Origin: Catajapyx aquilonaris
Lineage: Eukaryota
Direction of reading: 5' to 3'
Assembly (NCBI GenBank): GCA_000934665.2
Contig: KZ538933.1
Span: 1 to 39,726, forward strand
Length of the DNA stretch: 39,726 nt
A program made the position numbers and the translations under genes. Positions 27,396 through 39,286 of the stretch are shown here, piece after piece. Positions within the stretch are counted from its first letter, which is position 1, and each line of letters starts with the position of its first letter. Below the pieces are notes generated by a model, which saw only the letters and a program-made list of their open reading frames with translations, searched no databases and was not told where the DNA came from.

Positions 27396-27928
27396 CAAGG
27401 TGTTTCTTACTACTGTAGTATGGCCAACGGCCGTCAGCGTATTTCTTGTCCCAAACCAAGTCTAAAATGTAGGAGGGAGAAATGTCGAGGGACCAACCTG
27501 TTCCGAGGTAGACGACCCGAAACATTGGCCTATCCCTATAGACACATGCGGCAACACACACGACGCCTCTTTGTAGGGAGATCTCCTGGCAGATGGACGT
27601 GCCTTACAGGGGTTGCCTAGGTGAGGCAGCAGGATATGGGTGTGATGATCGCTTCTGCGAAAGAGGTGATCTTGCAAAATCCCAATCACGCCCATATCCT
27701 GCTCCCTAGGCAACCCCTGTAAGGCGCGTGTGTCCTCTGCCAGGAGATCTCCCTACAAAGAGGCGTCGTGTGTGTTGCCGCCTGTGTCTAGGGGTAGGCC
27801 AATGTTTCGGGTCGTCTATATCTCGGTACAGATTGGTCCCTCGACATTTCTCCCCCCTACATTTTAGACTTGGTTTGGGCCAAGGAAAACCCTGACTGCC
27901 GCTAGCCATACTAGTAAGGAACACCCTG
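27396..27928. mobile_element. 533-bp Tc1/mariner-type foldback MITE
   Basis: TA|CAAGGTGTTTCTTAC...GTAAGGAACACCCTG|TA. Inverted arms of about 250 bp cover nearly the whole element, around a spacer of about 35 nt. Confidence 0.92.
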
Positions 27929-28239
27929 TACAATAGTACATACTTGCCAGGTGTTAGTCGCCACCTTTCTGGCGAGATTCAATATAGCTACAACACCTAT
28001 AGGAAATGAATGTTTTGATTTTGATTTTTGAGGCCCAACTTGCCGAAATACCTAACCCTGCCTTTGAATGGGATGCTCCAACTTAATTGATCAATTAAGG
28101 TGTTACGGTAATGAGAGAGGTGCACTCAGGCACAGGTGTATCACCTTATTGACGTAGGAGATTCCACGCTTCCACTCTCTGTGCATATACATCTTTAATA
28201 TTGGTGACTTAATTATTTATTATCCAACTAGTGCAAATC

Positions 28240-28360
28240 GGTAGGGAAATTCAAGACCACGAGAAAACCCCGACGCACAGAAAACACCCATTTCAAGTCT
28301 TTCTTACATGGAAAAATCCGGGGATTGAACTGGGCACCTCAGATTTGAGATGATATGCCT
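28240..28360 (-). mobile_element. Degenerate tRNA-SINE fragment
   Basis: Minus strand has gaggtgcccaGTTCAATCCccgg (B box) followed by a gggttttctcgtggtc body-like segment. No clear A box. Confidence 0.35.
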
Positions 28361-29622
28361 CCTCCTCAGTTTGGAATACTTGGCGGCTATAGTCTCAATA
28401 GTGTAAATAATGTTTAATAGAGTCTATCAAGCAGTGGTCCAGTGTAGTAAGGACTTGTTTCCTCATTGTGATACCAAATAGTACAATATTAAGTGGCTTT
28501 AAGAGTAGGAACGGGCGAAACTCCTCAAGTTCCAAGCTGCTCCAGCAGGAGTAAACAGATTCAACATCTGGCTGGGCCTAAACAGAACTCTTTAAAGATG
28601 AGATGCACATAATTTGTGCGCACTTTAGCAACAAACTTGTGACCCTCACAAGTCCACATTCAATTTGTCAACTGGGCTTTTATTTTCCCAGTATACTCCG
28701 GTCTCCCCTCCGCATTTTTTTTTATTTGGGCGTCTCCTTCCTACTGTAGCTCCTGTGTTAGGTTGTTGGGGACAAAAGGACGAATCTCCCGACGGGAAGG
28801 ACGTAGGCTCCGTAACTCTTGGTTTTGTTGGGGGCGAATGCGAAGTTGGGCTGGGGAATTGATTTAGGTGAGCCACGACGCCATTTTTGCGGGGAAAGGG
28901 GGTGGGAGGGGTGAGGGGGAGGGAGGGGGGCCAGGCCCCCGAGGAGAAATGCTGCCAGCAAAACTTCGCTCTTCCGGGGAATATCCTATACTTTACCCCA
29001 GATGAAACTTTACGTGGGCCGAAGCTTTAGGTCCGACCACTCGCCAAAGAACAGCAACTAAGTTATATGTGGTTAGGTATAATGAGGCGTTAAGAGTGAG
29101 CCTTTCTTTATTTTGCGGGTCAAATACTGCATATTTTAAAATCTTATAAAATTTTACCACTACTAATGAATCCATTATTGATCCTGGCCAAAAGGGATTT
29201 TCATAGATATTTAAGCTCATTGTAACGGTGTTCGTTTGGTTATAACCAGAACACGATAATTCAAAAATAATATGCAGTATGTATAATTAATGAGGATTTT
29301 TGCAGAAATAGCCATGAAAAATTTGGATGAAATTTATTTCGCACATTACTCTGAACTTTGTGGTGCATGATTGCCCATGCTTTTCACGCCTAATGACCAA
29401 CGTCAGAAGTTCAATATTGCTTTATGGCGTGTTATTCAGAGTGGTAAACCGCTTACGCGGACACCTCCAACAATGGGGGTTGGGGGTAAAACGTCACGGA
29501 TGAGTCTCTCGAATAGCTCATGCGCATTCCCACTGATATATTCTTTATACCCCAACCCCCATTGTTGGAAGTGATGGTATATACCTGAGGCATCACCATG
29601 CACACTACATTTACGTACAATA

Positions 29623-30047
29623 CACACAGAAAAATGGCCGCGTCAGGTGACACCCTATGGTAGTCAGGTGACGATATCCAGTTTGACTCGCCAAGCAGAG
29701 TCAGCTAGTTCACTCTTCAAACAAGTCGCCTGACACCTCAGGGGGTCAAAGGACCACCCCTCCTCGAACTGCTCTGACTATCCTGGCGGGTCCACTGATG
29801 ACCCTGTGAGTAATTTGACTCCTCTGGGGTGTCCTTTGACTCGCCAGGATGGTCGAGGGACTCCCCAGGGTCATCAGTGGACCCGCCAGGATAGTCAAAG
29901 CAGTTCGGGGAGGGGTGGTCCTTTGACCCCCCCTGAGGTGTCAGGCGACTTGTTTGGAGAGTGAACTGACTCTGCTTGGCGAGTCAAACTGGATATCGTC
30001 ACCTGACTACCATAGCGTGTCACCTGACGCGGCCATTTTTCCGTGTG
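29623..30047. mobile_element. 425-bp foldback MITE with CACTA/EnSpm(CMC)-like termini
   Basis: TA|CACACAGAAAAATGGCCG...CGGCCATTTTTCCGTGTG|TA, with near-identical arms of about 180 bp and reiterated TGAC-core subterminal motifs (TCAGGTGAC, TTTGACTCGCCA). Confidence 0.9.
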
Positions 30048-30424
30048 TAGTGCTTCAAAAGTCATAATGATAGTTATGATTACTTGGTTGCTGCTAAGTA
30101 CATGTACAGAGTAGTATCAAAATTCAGGTTATCTATTAGAGCCATAAGGTTTGTTCATCATTCAGGCTCCTCCGGCCTGCGCACTAGCTATAGGTAAGCG
30201 CATCTTTGACGACTGAAACTAAAATTGGTCTATTATTGATCCACCGCGTTATATTTGGTATTCACTACTACGCACTACTCCTAGTTCTGCACTTTTATTT
30301 CTCAAGACCGGCCGTATGTTTTGGAGTAAATTAATGTGTATATAATATAAAAATAACAATCCGGGTAGTGCGACATGCTTACGAGGTATGTAGCACGGAC
30401 CTTTATGATATACCATTAGTATAC

Positions 30425-30610
30425 ATCAGGACCTCATTGCGAAGTGCCCGGGTCCACGGGTAGGGTGACTGGGAGGGGATGTGCAATGTGGAAGTGCAAT
30501 GTCTGATCTATGGTCATTTTGTGAACTCCCCCTGGTGGGTTAGTCTAGCGGAGATTCTACCCAAGACGAAGCCAGAGACGACCCAACTCTGCACGAGATA
30601 AGGGGGAGAG
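30425..30610 (-). mobile_element. Headless (5'-truncated) copy of the SINE family A body, copy 3
   Basis: Reverse complement gtgcagagttggg..tctctggcttc...agactaacccaccagggggagttcacaaaatgacca...agacattgcac...ttgcacatcccctcc aligns to about 3475-3615 and 33100-33245. Confidence 0.85.
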
Positions 30611-32601
30611 TAAATAAATGTTATAGTGCAAACTCACACTGTAACTGGAATTACTAATATCCTTATATTTTACAGGGAATATTACAGTAAATATGTTAGA
30701 GTCAATTTCCTATACAATTGCAGGCGATATTAAGATAAGAAATCAATTATTATCAATAGAGTACAAATAGATCTGAATTATGCTCTTTTCCTATATCAGC
30801 CAGGAATTGAGTAAATGCCATCATAAAAACTCAACTCAACTATAGAAATGTCTTGAAAAGAGGCATCGTCCCTGTCTCCGATAGAGTCGATAATTTTTCC
30901 CGTGCTCATTGTTGAAAACGACCAATCTCTAATCCTATTTGGGCACCCTAAGAAAAGTGGGGCTACTTGGAGGCATCCCGCAGAAGATAAATAGGCCTAT
31001 TATTTTAACAAGGCCTGGTATGGGAGGGGGTGGGAAGAGGCGTAGACGGGTGGTGGGTAGGAGGGGGGGATTAACTCGTTATTGAGCCAGGCCAAACCAC
31101 AGCAATTCTGCGCCCGGATCCGCCTCCCCCCTGGGGGATTAGGCCTCCCACAGCTGCTGTTTTACCTAATGAAAGCACGTGGATTGAAACACAGAATGGA
31201 GCTTTCCTGCCCTCCTTCCCCATGCACACCTCAGCCTCTAAAAAAGGGTGGGGAGAGTGGGGTATGCAAAACGTGTTTTGTGATTCGATTGCGCCTGAGG
31301 AGATTGTATCAGTGGGCGCGTGGAAATTGGAATCGTTCGTTGCAATGATGCACTCCTGGAAAGGAGAATCTTACAAATTAGGCTTCATTTTCACTCATTT
31401 TCAAAAATTCTAATGGGCGAGGAACACGTCTTATTCCATTCAGGCCACATCCTTTTTGAGTGCCAGAATTTAGTATTCTCGTTACAGATGCACTTGGAAT
31501 TCTACACTAACAATTCCATACCCAAATAACAGCATTTATACGTTTCTATATAATTATTTTGCGTAATTATTTAACCCTTTGAGACACCTCGTTAGATACT
31601 AATGCGTTTTCCTTTGAAAAGTCATGTTACATGGTCACTGGACATCAGTTAGGCAGGAAAAATATAACAAAGTGATTCCTTACATATGTAGTTATGAGGT
31701 GTTTTCACAAATAGGCAAAATAGTGGCAATATTGAATTCGTTGAATATTATTATTGACGTGTCCTGGAATTGTTCAGAAATAATAGCCTACCGTGCACAA
31801 TAGTCACATACGGTACTATACTGATCATCTCCGCCATTAAAGACACTCATTCATTCATTCATTCTCAAGGGGTGCAAAAGAGGGAAACAGCAAGAATGCC
31901 TTGCTGTTTCTTTATCTCACATGACACTGTACATAAAATTTGGAGCATTGATTAGATGGACGCCGATAAAAGAAGGGAAGGGAATTGGGTGACATTTGTT
32001 GTAAAAACAGACTGAGTTGTTGATAAAACATGTCCCTGGTTACGCCACCACGCGGTTGACGATCGGGAGCGGGAAAGTCATCTCATGTTACTGAATTGTC
32101 TGTTGTCAGACTGTTGTCCCTGGCCACACCACTATATGCCACTATATGTATACCACTATATGCAGGAGATGATGGGGCAGCGCAGCGTAGCCGATTTCTT
32201 AGAGGCATAAGAGCACAAAGTTCATTATTACTACACGTTATCCATTGCGCCATCCTTCGCGTATCAGACATTTGACGTCAGCTGTTATGTGACATTTGAA
32301 TTTTCTTCTGTATATGGGTCCCCCCAAGTTCTGCCTGCTTTGTCTGCAATGTGTGCTGTCGCGTGTGTCTATAGGGACAGATCAATGTGTCTAGTTGTCT
32401 ACCCCAATACTGGTTAATCCCTTAACATTTTTCGTTCTACCTTATTGACTTGTATGATACTGGCCAATGATTAGGCCTAGTCTGCATTACTATCGTTCAG
32501 TTTCTATTTACGTAAGTGGAAGGAGAGTGTCGTTTTGGGTCTTATAAAATGCTAGGCTTTTTTTCTTAGGCCTGGGAAAAAATGTGAGTACAAGTTTTCC
32601 T

Positions 32602-32736
32602 ACATCCGTATTGGTGGAAATGTAGCTCACTGGACCCTACTGGAGGAATGCGCCTTCGATTAGTCTGTTTAGTTCTTACTTGGAAGGAACACTCGAGCAC
32701 CAGGATGGTCCGAAACATTTCCACTAATACGAATGT
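32602..32736. repeat. Short inverted repeat, probably a MITE fragment
   Basis: ACATCCGTATTGGTGGAAATGT / ACATTTCCACTAATACGAATGT (20/22). AATACG(G/A)ATGTGAGCTCA also recurs near 16058-16075. Confidence 0.55.
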
Positions 32737-33017
32737 GAGCTCATTTTTGCTTCCAATGACCTAAAGTTATGGTGAGATACAAGCGTGCTACTCAAAAAGA
32801 TAGTATTTTGCGTAATTGCTATTACCACCTTTGTCATACATCAACAAATGATGTGACTTGTCGCTCTCTATCTGTTTCATTCAAAATGTTCCATTGATGC
32901 AATATGAAAATCACTTATTATTTAAGGTATGAACGTTATTAAATGATGGGTGTGTGGGTGTGTTTGGGAGCAAAGCTCCTAGATGGAGGAGTGCTACAGT
33001 AAATATTAATCTTTGCA

Positions 33018-33351
33018 GGGGAGATGAAGTGGCGCAGCGGTAACGCGCGCGCCCACGGATATGAAGGTCCCGGGTTCAATCCCCACCCGGGGTTCCCACC
33101 TTTATCCGTGCAGAGTTTGGCCATCTCAGGCTTCATTTCGGGTGGAAATATCCTAAAGACTAATCCACCCGGGGGAGGTCACAAAATGACCACTCAACGA
33201 CAGCGCACATGCACATTGCACATCCCCTCCCACCTACCCTTGGAGTAAACTAATAAGAGCCTTCTTAACACGCTCCAACCAATCCTGATGGTGGTAATCC
33301 ACCCCCCCCCCCCAAAGGAGTAAGTAGCTCCCTAAGTGGGGTAATGAAAAA
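33018..33351 (+). mobile_element. tRNA-derived SINE, family A, copy 2
   Basis: A box TGGCGCAGCGG, B box GGTTCAATCCC and an A tail. AATCTTTG is duplicated at 33008-33015 and 33352-33359. Colinear with 3392-3714. Confidence 0.9.
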
Positions 33352-33476
33352 AATCTTTGAGATACCTGGCTCTTGCCAATCGCTTCTCAAAAATTTAACT
33401 GATCAGAGAGTACTCTGGTGTAATAATTATTGCTCGTTGTTTATTTATCATTCTGAGTAGAGCACCATACTTGAAT

Positions 33477-33748
33477 GTTTGTTTGTATTACCCCGTGATA
33501 GGGCCCTTTTAGGGGGGGGGGGGAGGTTCCCAAGGGAGGCCGCTCTTAAGTAGTCATTTCAGACCCTCTTCAATACTAGACCTTTTCTCTTGGCCCTGGG
33601 CAGAGAAGGGAGTGCAATTCTGCCCGGACATGTCGGGTGAAAAGCGGAAAAAGACCCGACCAAGCAGAGGTGACGAGGACGGGATTTGAACCCCGGACCT
33701 TCCGCTTGGCTGGCCAGTAGCATAGCCACTAGGCCACCATGCCCCCCA
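33477..33748 (-). mobile_element. tRNA-derived SINE, family D
   Basis: Minus strand has A box TGGCCTAGTGG, B box GGTTCAAATCCC and an (ACAA)n tail. Perfect 13-bp TSD ACCATACTTGAAT at 33464-33476 and 33749-33761. Confidence 0.92.
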
Positions 33749-35723
33749 ACCATACTTGAATTGTAGGGGACTTAATTCACAATATTCCCTGCAGCACAAC
33801 CCGATGTATATAAAATGGCTCTGGTGCATTTATATTTATGTCTCCTGCCAACGACTCAACCGGCACAGCACAAGAGGCACAAAGGTTGCATGGAAGCACA
33901 GGATGAAACATTTCAACTCTGTTAACACAAGCTGAAAAGCGAGACCACAGGCTAGAGTGGGATAGAAATAAAAGTAAATAGGCTTATCCCTCAGCTTAGC
34001 AATGATCCCGTCCTCCTCCTCCACCTCCTCCCCATCCATATAGTCTTGCCTCCTGTCTATCTATCCCCGCATAGAAATTCCGGTTGGGGCTGTAGAGCAA
34101 ATCAGCCAGCAAGTATTCAGGCAGTTGTTCCCTGAAGCAGTTTCATCTAAGCTCACTCGGAGAGAAAATGTTTCCCTCCGTTTCATCTCGGGAACAGAAC
34201 GAAGATTGAATTCGGAATGGTTCTCGTGAGGGGGGAGAGGGGGAGGAAGGGGGAAAAGGGAGTGAAGAGGCGGAGGAAACGGGAATAATTCCTCGGGAAG
34301 ATGGATGTGTCAACGGTCGCTTTCTCTTTTCCTTCAACCCCCTATTCCGGATTCAGCTCTTTGTGGCCATATTTTCCCCCATTGAAGTGCCACCATACCA
34401 ATGAGCCACTCGCACAATTAAATATGGCGACTTCATCGAAATCATTCCCAGTTTTTCCCCCAGCATACGAGGGAGTCTTGAATGTGCAAAAATTTGCGCG
34501 AAATGGTCTGTCTGAACATCGTACGTCAAAAGTAAGGGTATAGAAGGGGTGATGCTTTGTAGTGAACATTACAAAGGAAGAAAACAGTAAGGTATACCAC
34601 AGTCGCACTGGTAAGGCACTAATCATTACGCAATGGAAGTGAAGCCCATATAACGACAAGCTAATAAGTTATTTCACTTTTACTTAAATTTGATCATAAA
34701 GGGTAAATAAATACGAGACAATTTAGAGGAAAATTATTATTATGTATATAACAAGGGATAAGGTAGACATAAGCTAAAATTATTTGCCACCATAAATTCA
34801 GTTTGAAAATCATTGAAATGCCAGGTCTAAGTGTGTTAATTTCATGAAGAATCTAGATCTCCATAAGCAGTTATGAAAGTGTTTTGCTCAAATAATTTAT
34901 TATAATAAAATACATTGACATATGTAAGAATCTAAATGATATAAAATGGGACCAGCGGGGCTTCAGATGTGGAAGGAGTCTCCTTGCCCCTCTACTATAC
35001 GAGTAGTGTATAAAGAACATTATTTTGGTCACGCCTCGCCGGTTTTAAATCAACGCATGATATCTTAATGAGCAGATATGAATGGAACAGAGAGACGGGT
35101 ACCTCAGCATGCTGTAGTTAAGTGCTGCAAGTATTACAGTCATGTTGCACTCTCTTATCCGCAGTATTTCACTGACCTCCAATATAAAAAATGGCCGTCA
35201 GCCAGAGTGCAGGCCATGATTTTTTTTTGCTTATTAGAACCACCTGTTAGGGCAGTAGCAAACTTTTAAAAAGGAACTGAAACCGGTCACCTGAACTGAG
35301 CATCAGAGAGAATTCTACTGGTGGGATGGATTATTATTCGTGTTGACTTAGCCAGAGTGAAGCAAGAGGAAAGAGAATCCGGGTTTACTTCCGCCTTTGC
35401 CTCCATCATCTGGCTAAGATAAATACCTTTCCCCCCTTGCATTTGTTTGCACTCGACAAAATTTCTGGTGCCTACGGGAAAAGAGGTGACCTACTCGTCT
35501 CACAGTGGCTACTTATTTGAAAAGCTCAGCTCTAACTACCAAACTTGCCAGTAAGAATGAAAAATGCAGCTTTTTAGAGATGCCTGGAAGGTTAATTTCA
35601 CGCAGTAACTACGAATCGTGTGGCAGGTTCGTGAAATATCTTTAGGCACAGTTGAAGCGAAGTACACAGGCCTTAGGCCCATCTTCAAGAGTGTGCATGA
35701 TATTTTACTTTTTGAGGTGCTAA

Positions 35724-36208
35724 GACCAGTGTATACCCAATAGATTTTCTAACGCAGAGTCAGGGTTGACTCTGAGTTGAGAAGAGGTTGACTCAGTATT
35801 CGCTTAATGGAAGTGCAATCCCGTACCCTGGGGTCGAGTTGGATCTGGAGTCAACCCTGCTCAATACAGGGTTGTCTCCGCCAGCCTGGATTGAGATCGT
35901 TCGACAATGGTGGGCAGAGTTGAGTTTAAAAAGGGTTTTAGAGCTCGCGGATGAGGTCGAGGATACGGTAGGCTACGGTTAGACCTCACGGGAGTGTCTC
36001 TGAGCGACATGTACAACTCCACAGAGGTGTGCAATGCGGTTTCTTCCCGGAAACGCGGGCTCCGGTTCTGGAGTCGGAGTCGAGTTACCCCACCTTTGTT
36101 TATCGTTATACGGATCCAACTCGACCCTGGTTTCAACCTTGACTCACTCTCGACCCGGGGTTACTCAATCCCACGAATTTCGCAGGCATTACTGTAAGTA
36201 TATGGGCC
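35724..36208. mobile_element. Probable PIF/Harbinger-like MITE, degenerate
   Basis: TAA|GACCAGTGTATAC...GTATATGGGCC|TAA. The interior is built from GGGTTGACTC/GAGTCAACCC-like units in both orientations and contains the inverted pair gggtcgagttggatc/gatccaactcgaccc. Confidence 0.45.
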
Positions 36209-36598
36209 TAAGTAACAAATTACGGCCATCTTCTCAGGCGTTATCACAGATCCGGCATCTGTGGCCCTAATTAATCTTAAACCATCTTGCAATATCGCAG
36301 ATAATAAATTTTTAGTACTGACTTTTCTCTACCCAGAATTAAGCAGCATCCGAGTGTGACAGGCTACTGCATGGAACACCGTTAATGTGGACGTCAATAG
36401 TGTTGTCAGTGGCGTTTGGATGACATCATACAGTATTTTGTTTACCGATGATGTCCTCATTCGAATGCCACTGATTAATGGGGCTATTTAATGTGGATTA
36501 TAATTAGGCTACTGTGCCATATTAAGCAGAGAAGGCACCCTATTTGATTTTCTGTACAGTATTTATGAATCAATACAATGCACTTATAATGTTGTGAA

Positions 36599-36833
36599 TC
36601 CCGGAGGCCGGCGACCCTGACCATGGTTTTCTGTGGTTTCCCATGGTCCTTGCAGGATAATTCCGGGGTCGTTACCGTAATATAGGCCACAGCCGCCTCC
36701 TTCCTTCCCTTTCCCTGCTTCATTCCGGTGATGAGAAAAATAGTAAAAATGGAAGAGTTCCAGACAAAAAATTGGGACTGGAAATCCCCCCCTAGGAAAG
36801 CCCGTAGGCTGATAATGGGGTATCAAATTATTA

Positions 36834-36861
<28 letters not shown>
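36599..36861 (+). mobile_element. 5'-truncated SINE (element E): family B body, different 3' tail and (ATT)n end
   Basis: Perfect 15-bp TSD TTATAATGTTGTGAA at 36584-36598 and 36862-36876. It begins inside the B box (gaa|TCCCGG). About 110 nt of body align with 37342-37451. Confidence 0.9.
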
Positions 36862-36866
<5 letters not shown>

Positions 36867-36933
36867 ATGTTGTGAAATAGTAGTACCACATACTGTAGTT
36901 ACATTATTATCCCCTAGACTGCCTAGAGCTTAA

Positions 36934-37030
36934 CCCTTTGCAGATAGTGTTTGCACAATGCACAGTGCAAACACCAGATAATATTTTTTCCCGCGGTAAC
37001 AGATAGTGTTTGCAAAATAAGAACACCATG
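36934..37030 (+). mobile_element. Possible solitary piggyBac-like terminus
   Basis: TTAA|CCCTTTGCAG start, with CAGATAGTGTTTGCA repeated at 36941 and 37000. No partner end was found. A similar TTAA|CCCTTTG occurs at 31571. Confidence 0.35.
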
Positions 37031-37166
37031 GATGTCTGCTAGCTACTGCCCTATGTAAGGGACAAACTCGAAACGGCCAAAGAATAAGCAGCTCTGCTGG
37101 ATCCGGCCTATTGTAATGGCGCGCTCTTTGACGTCTGCGCGTGAGCGTCTGTACGATTTTTTCCCC

Positions 37167-37573
37167 CTGGGTGTCCCTCAAGTCTAAAACTATAGGACTT
37201 TCCTATTACATTGTTGTAGTATGTGCTGGTTACCATAATTATATACATGTATATGTAACCATAGTAACCATACACTAACCGAAGCAGGTTGGCATAGTGG
37301 ATAGGGCGTCCGACTGCTAATCGGGAGGTCCTGGGTTCGAATCCCGGGGCCGGCAACCCTGACCGTGGTTTTCTGTGGTTTTCCACGGTCTTTCTAGGAT
37401 AATTCCGGGGTCGCTTCCATATAATAGGTCACAGCTTCTTCCTTCCTTCCCTATCCTTGGAGGTTGAAAGGCAATGCTGGGCCAACCTCCTTAATATCAA
37501 TTATAAAGTAACCATACACTACAACAATGTAACCGGAAACTCCTAATGGTTCCTGACTTTGTGGGACACCCTG
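37167..37573. mobile_element. Small Tc1/mariner-like foldback MITE interrupted by SINE B
   Basis: Left arm ctgggtgtccctcaagtc...ttacattgttgtagt...ggttac versus right arm gtaacc...actacaacaatgtaa...gactttgtgggacaccctg|TA. Confidence 0.8.
37278..37506 (+). mobile_element. tRNA-derived SINE, family B, full length
   Basis: A box TGGCATAGTGG, anticodon arm ccga-CTGCTAA-tcgg, B box GGTTCGAATCCC and a 3' hairpin GGAGGTTG/CAACCTCC. Perfect 15-bp TSD AGTAACCATACACTA at 37263-37277 and 37507-37521. Confidence 0.93.
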
Positions 37574-38299
37574 TACATCGAAGCCTTCGATAAGTAATTG
37601 TGCCATTTTCTCATTCAGAAAAGTATCTTGGTTCAGGGCAAAATGGAAACGGGCAGTAATATTCGTTCTTGTAAAGCCAACAACTTGTAATATTACAGGG
37701 GGTGGATTCATGAAAGGGCGTAAGTCAAATGTTTGTCGTAACCGGCCGTGACCTTAGTAACCGCTGCGAGAATTCTTTATTTCGTATTCACCAAGGGTCG
37801 TAACTGCTACGAAATATTTAAAAATCTCGTAAGATATACAGCACCTCAAGAGGTGTTGTAAGTTGTTTACGTGTGTCGGATCTCTGGTCGGACGGTTCGC
37901 GGTGCGCCCGTCGTCGCATTTTGAGATGCATCATGGCTTTTCCCTTCTCTGTGTGGTGGAAAAGATGCATCTGGGGTCAAAGGACGGGCTGCAAATATTT
38001 TAAATATGACATAGCTACCCCAGATCCTCCGATCATCCCGAATCCGGGCCCCTCGGCGCGTCGGAGCGGTGGGTTGGAAATAACAGCTACTTTGCAATAA
38101 TTGTCATTATGTAAATAATCTAAATATTGTTGTTACTGAAAATAATGGCTACTGCCTGTTACAGCTATAGGCTAACTATTCTGCGCCTCAGTAGCAGCTA
38201 GCTGATGCTATTCCTCTATCCTGCTATCATAGGGTTGGCCATAAATGACATTATAGTGTACTTTTTGGATCCACATTCGTAACGGGACACCCGAAAATA

Positions 38300-38462
38300 C
38301 TGGGCGTTCCAAGTTCGTGGGTCGGTTTTTGATAACGGATATCGCCTGATAGTAGTTACTTTTTCTAGCTACAAAAATACAGCTACAAAGCTTGTAGCTA
38401 CAAAAATAACTACTATCAGGCGATATCAGTTATAAAAAACGACCCACCAACTTTTCACCATG
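38300..38462. mobile_element. 163-bp MITE-like inverted repeat
   Basis: Arms gtgggtcg..tttt.ataac.gatatcgcctgatagtagtta / taactactatcaggcgatatc.gttataaaaaacgacccac, with three AGCTACAAA units in the spacer. Degenerate TA|CTGGGCG...CACCATG|TA ends. Confidence 0.7.
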
Positions 38463-38992
38463 TAGGCTACTTGGTATAAACACGATTTTCCCTCTCCTGC
38501 GGGCTTCCGTGTACTATGCACCATCAACACTGAGGAGGGGGAATGGGCGTTGAAAATAGTGAATAAGTGGGAAGTAATGGGGGACCGAATGTACTGTACG
38601 TGTCAGGGGTATAGGGGCACGATGCATACCACATAACCTACGGACCATGACCAATTTGTGGATACACGCCTATCTTTCAGCGTATACACGCCTAGGAGAG
38701 TAGGTCTCACGTCATCGTTTTGTTCATTGTTTTGAACATTGTTCTTTTTTGGTGACACTGTTTACTCCTATTGTTGCATGAGGCAAAAAAAACGATGACT
38801 TACGACCTACCTACGAACTTCACTATTTACGAGAAAAATATGGATGAATCCGGCATGTTACATAGTTACGAATCGCAAGGTTGCCACGGATATTGTACGT
38901 AAACATGCTGTACGTATTTCCGTCGTATCGCGTACCCAGGTTTCCAGCCCCCCGACCAGCCCACGGACACTTATACTACGTTCTGGCGTTAT

Positions 38993-39286
38993 CACCTGCC
39001 GAGGGATTACGCACCGGGTGGCCACTTGAGATCGCTACGAGACATTTTCCAAGGCTATCATGTGGCGACCCTACCGGACTAAGGCTGAACTTTACAGGTA
39101 CGAAGGGGAGGGCTACATTGGGGGGCCCAACATGGCCGCTGGCGGCCATGTTGGGCCAGCATGTAGCCCTCCCCTTCGTACCTGTAAAGTTCAGCCTTAG
39201 TCCGGTAGGGTCGCCACATGATAGCCTTGGGAAATGTCTCGTAGCGATCTCAAGTGGCCACCCGGTGCGTAATCCTTCGGCAGGGG
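38993..39286. mobile_element. Near-perfect 294-bp palindromic element (CAC/CCC ends, possibly a CMC-type MITE)
   Basis: 124-bp arms (38995-39118 / 39161-39284) with 2 mismatches, a small internal loop, then a perfect 16-bp stem and a 2-nt loop. The TSD is unclear (AT/GT). Confidence 0.85.

Noticed and set aside
37278..37355. Functional tRNA gene (GCT anticodon); likewise the tRNA-like heads at 3392, 9638, 33018 and 33748
   Set aside because: There is no proper acceptor stem and no long Ser variable arm. Each head continues into a body and tail and is bounded by a TSD, so these are SINE heads.
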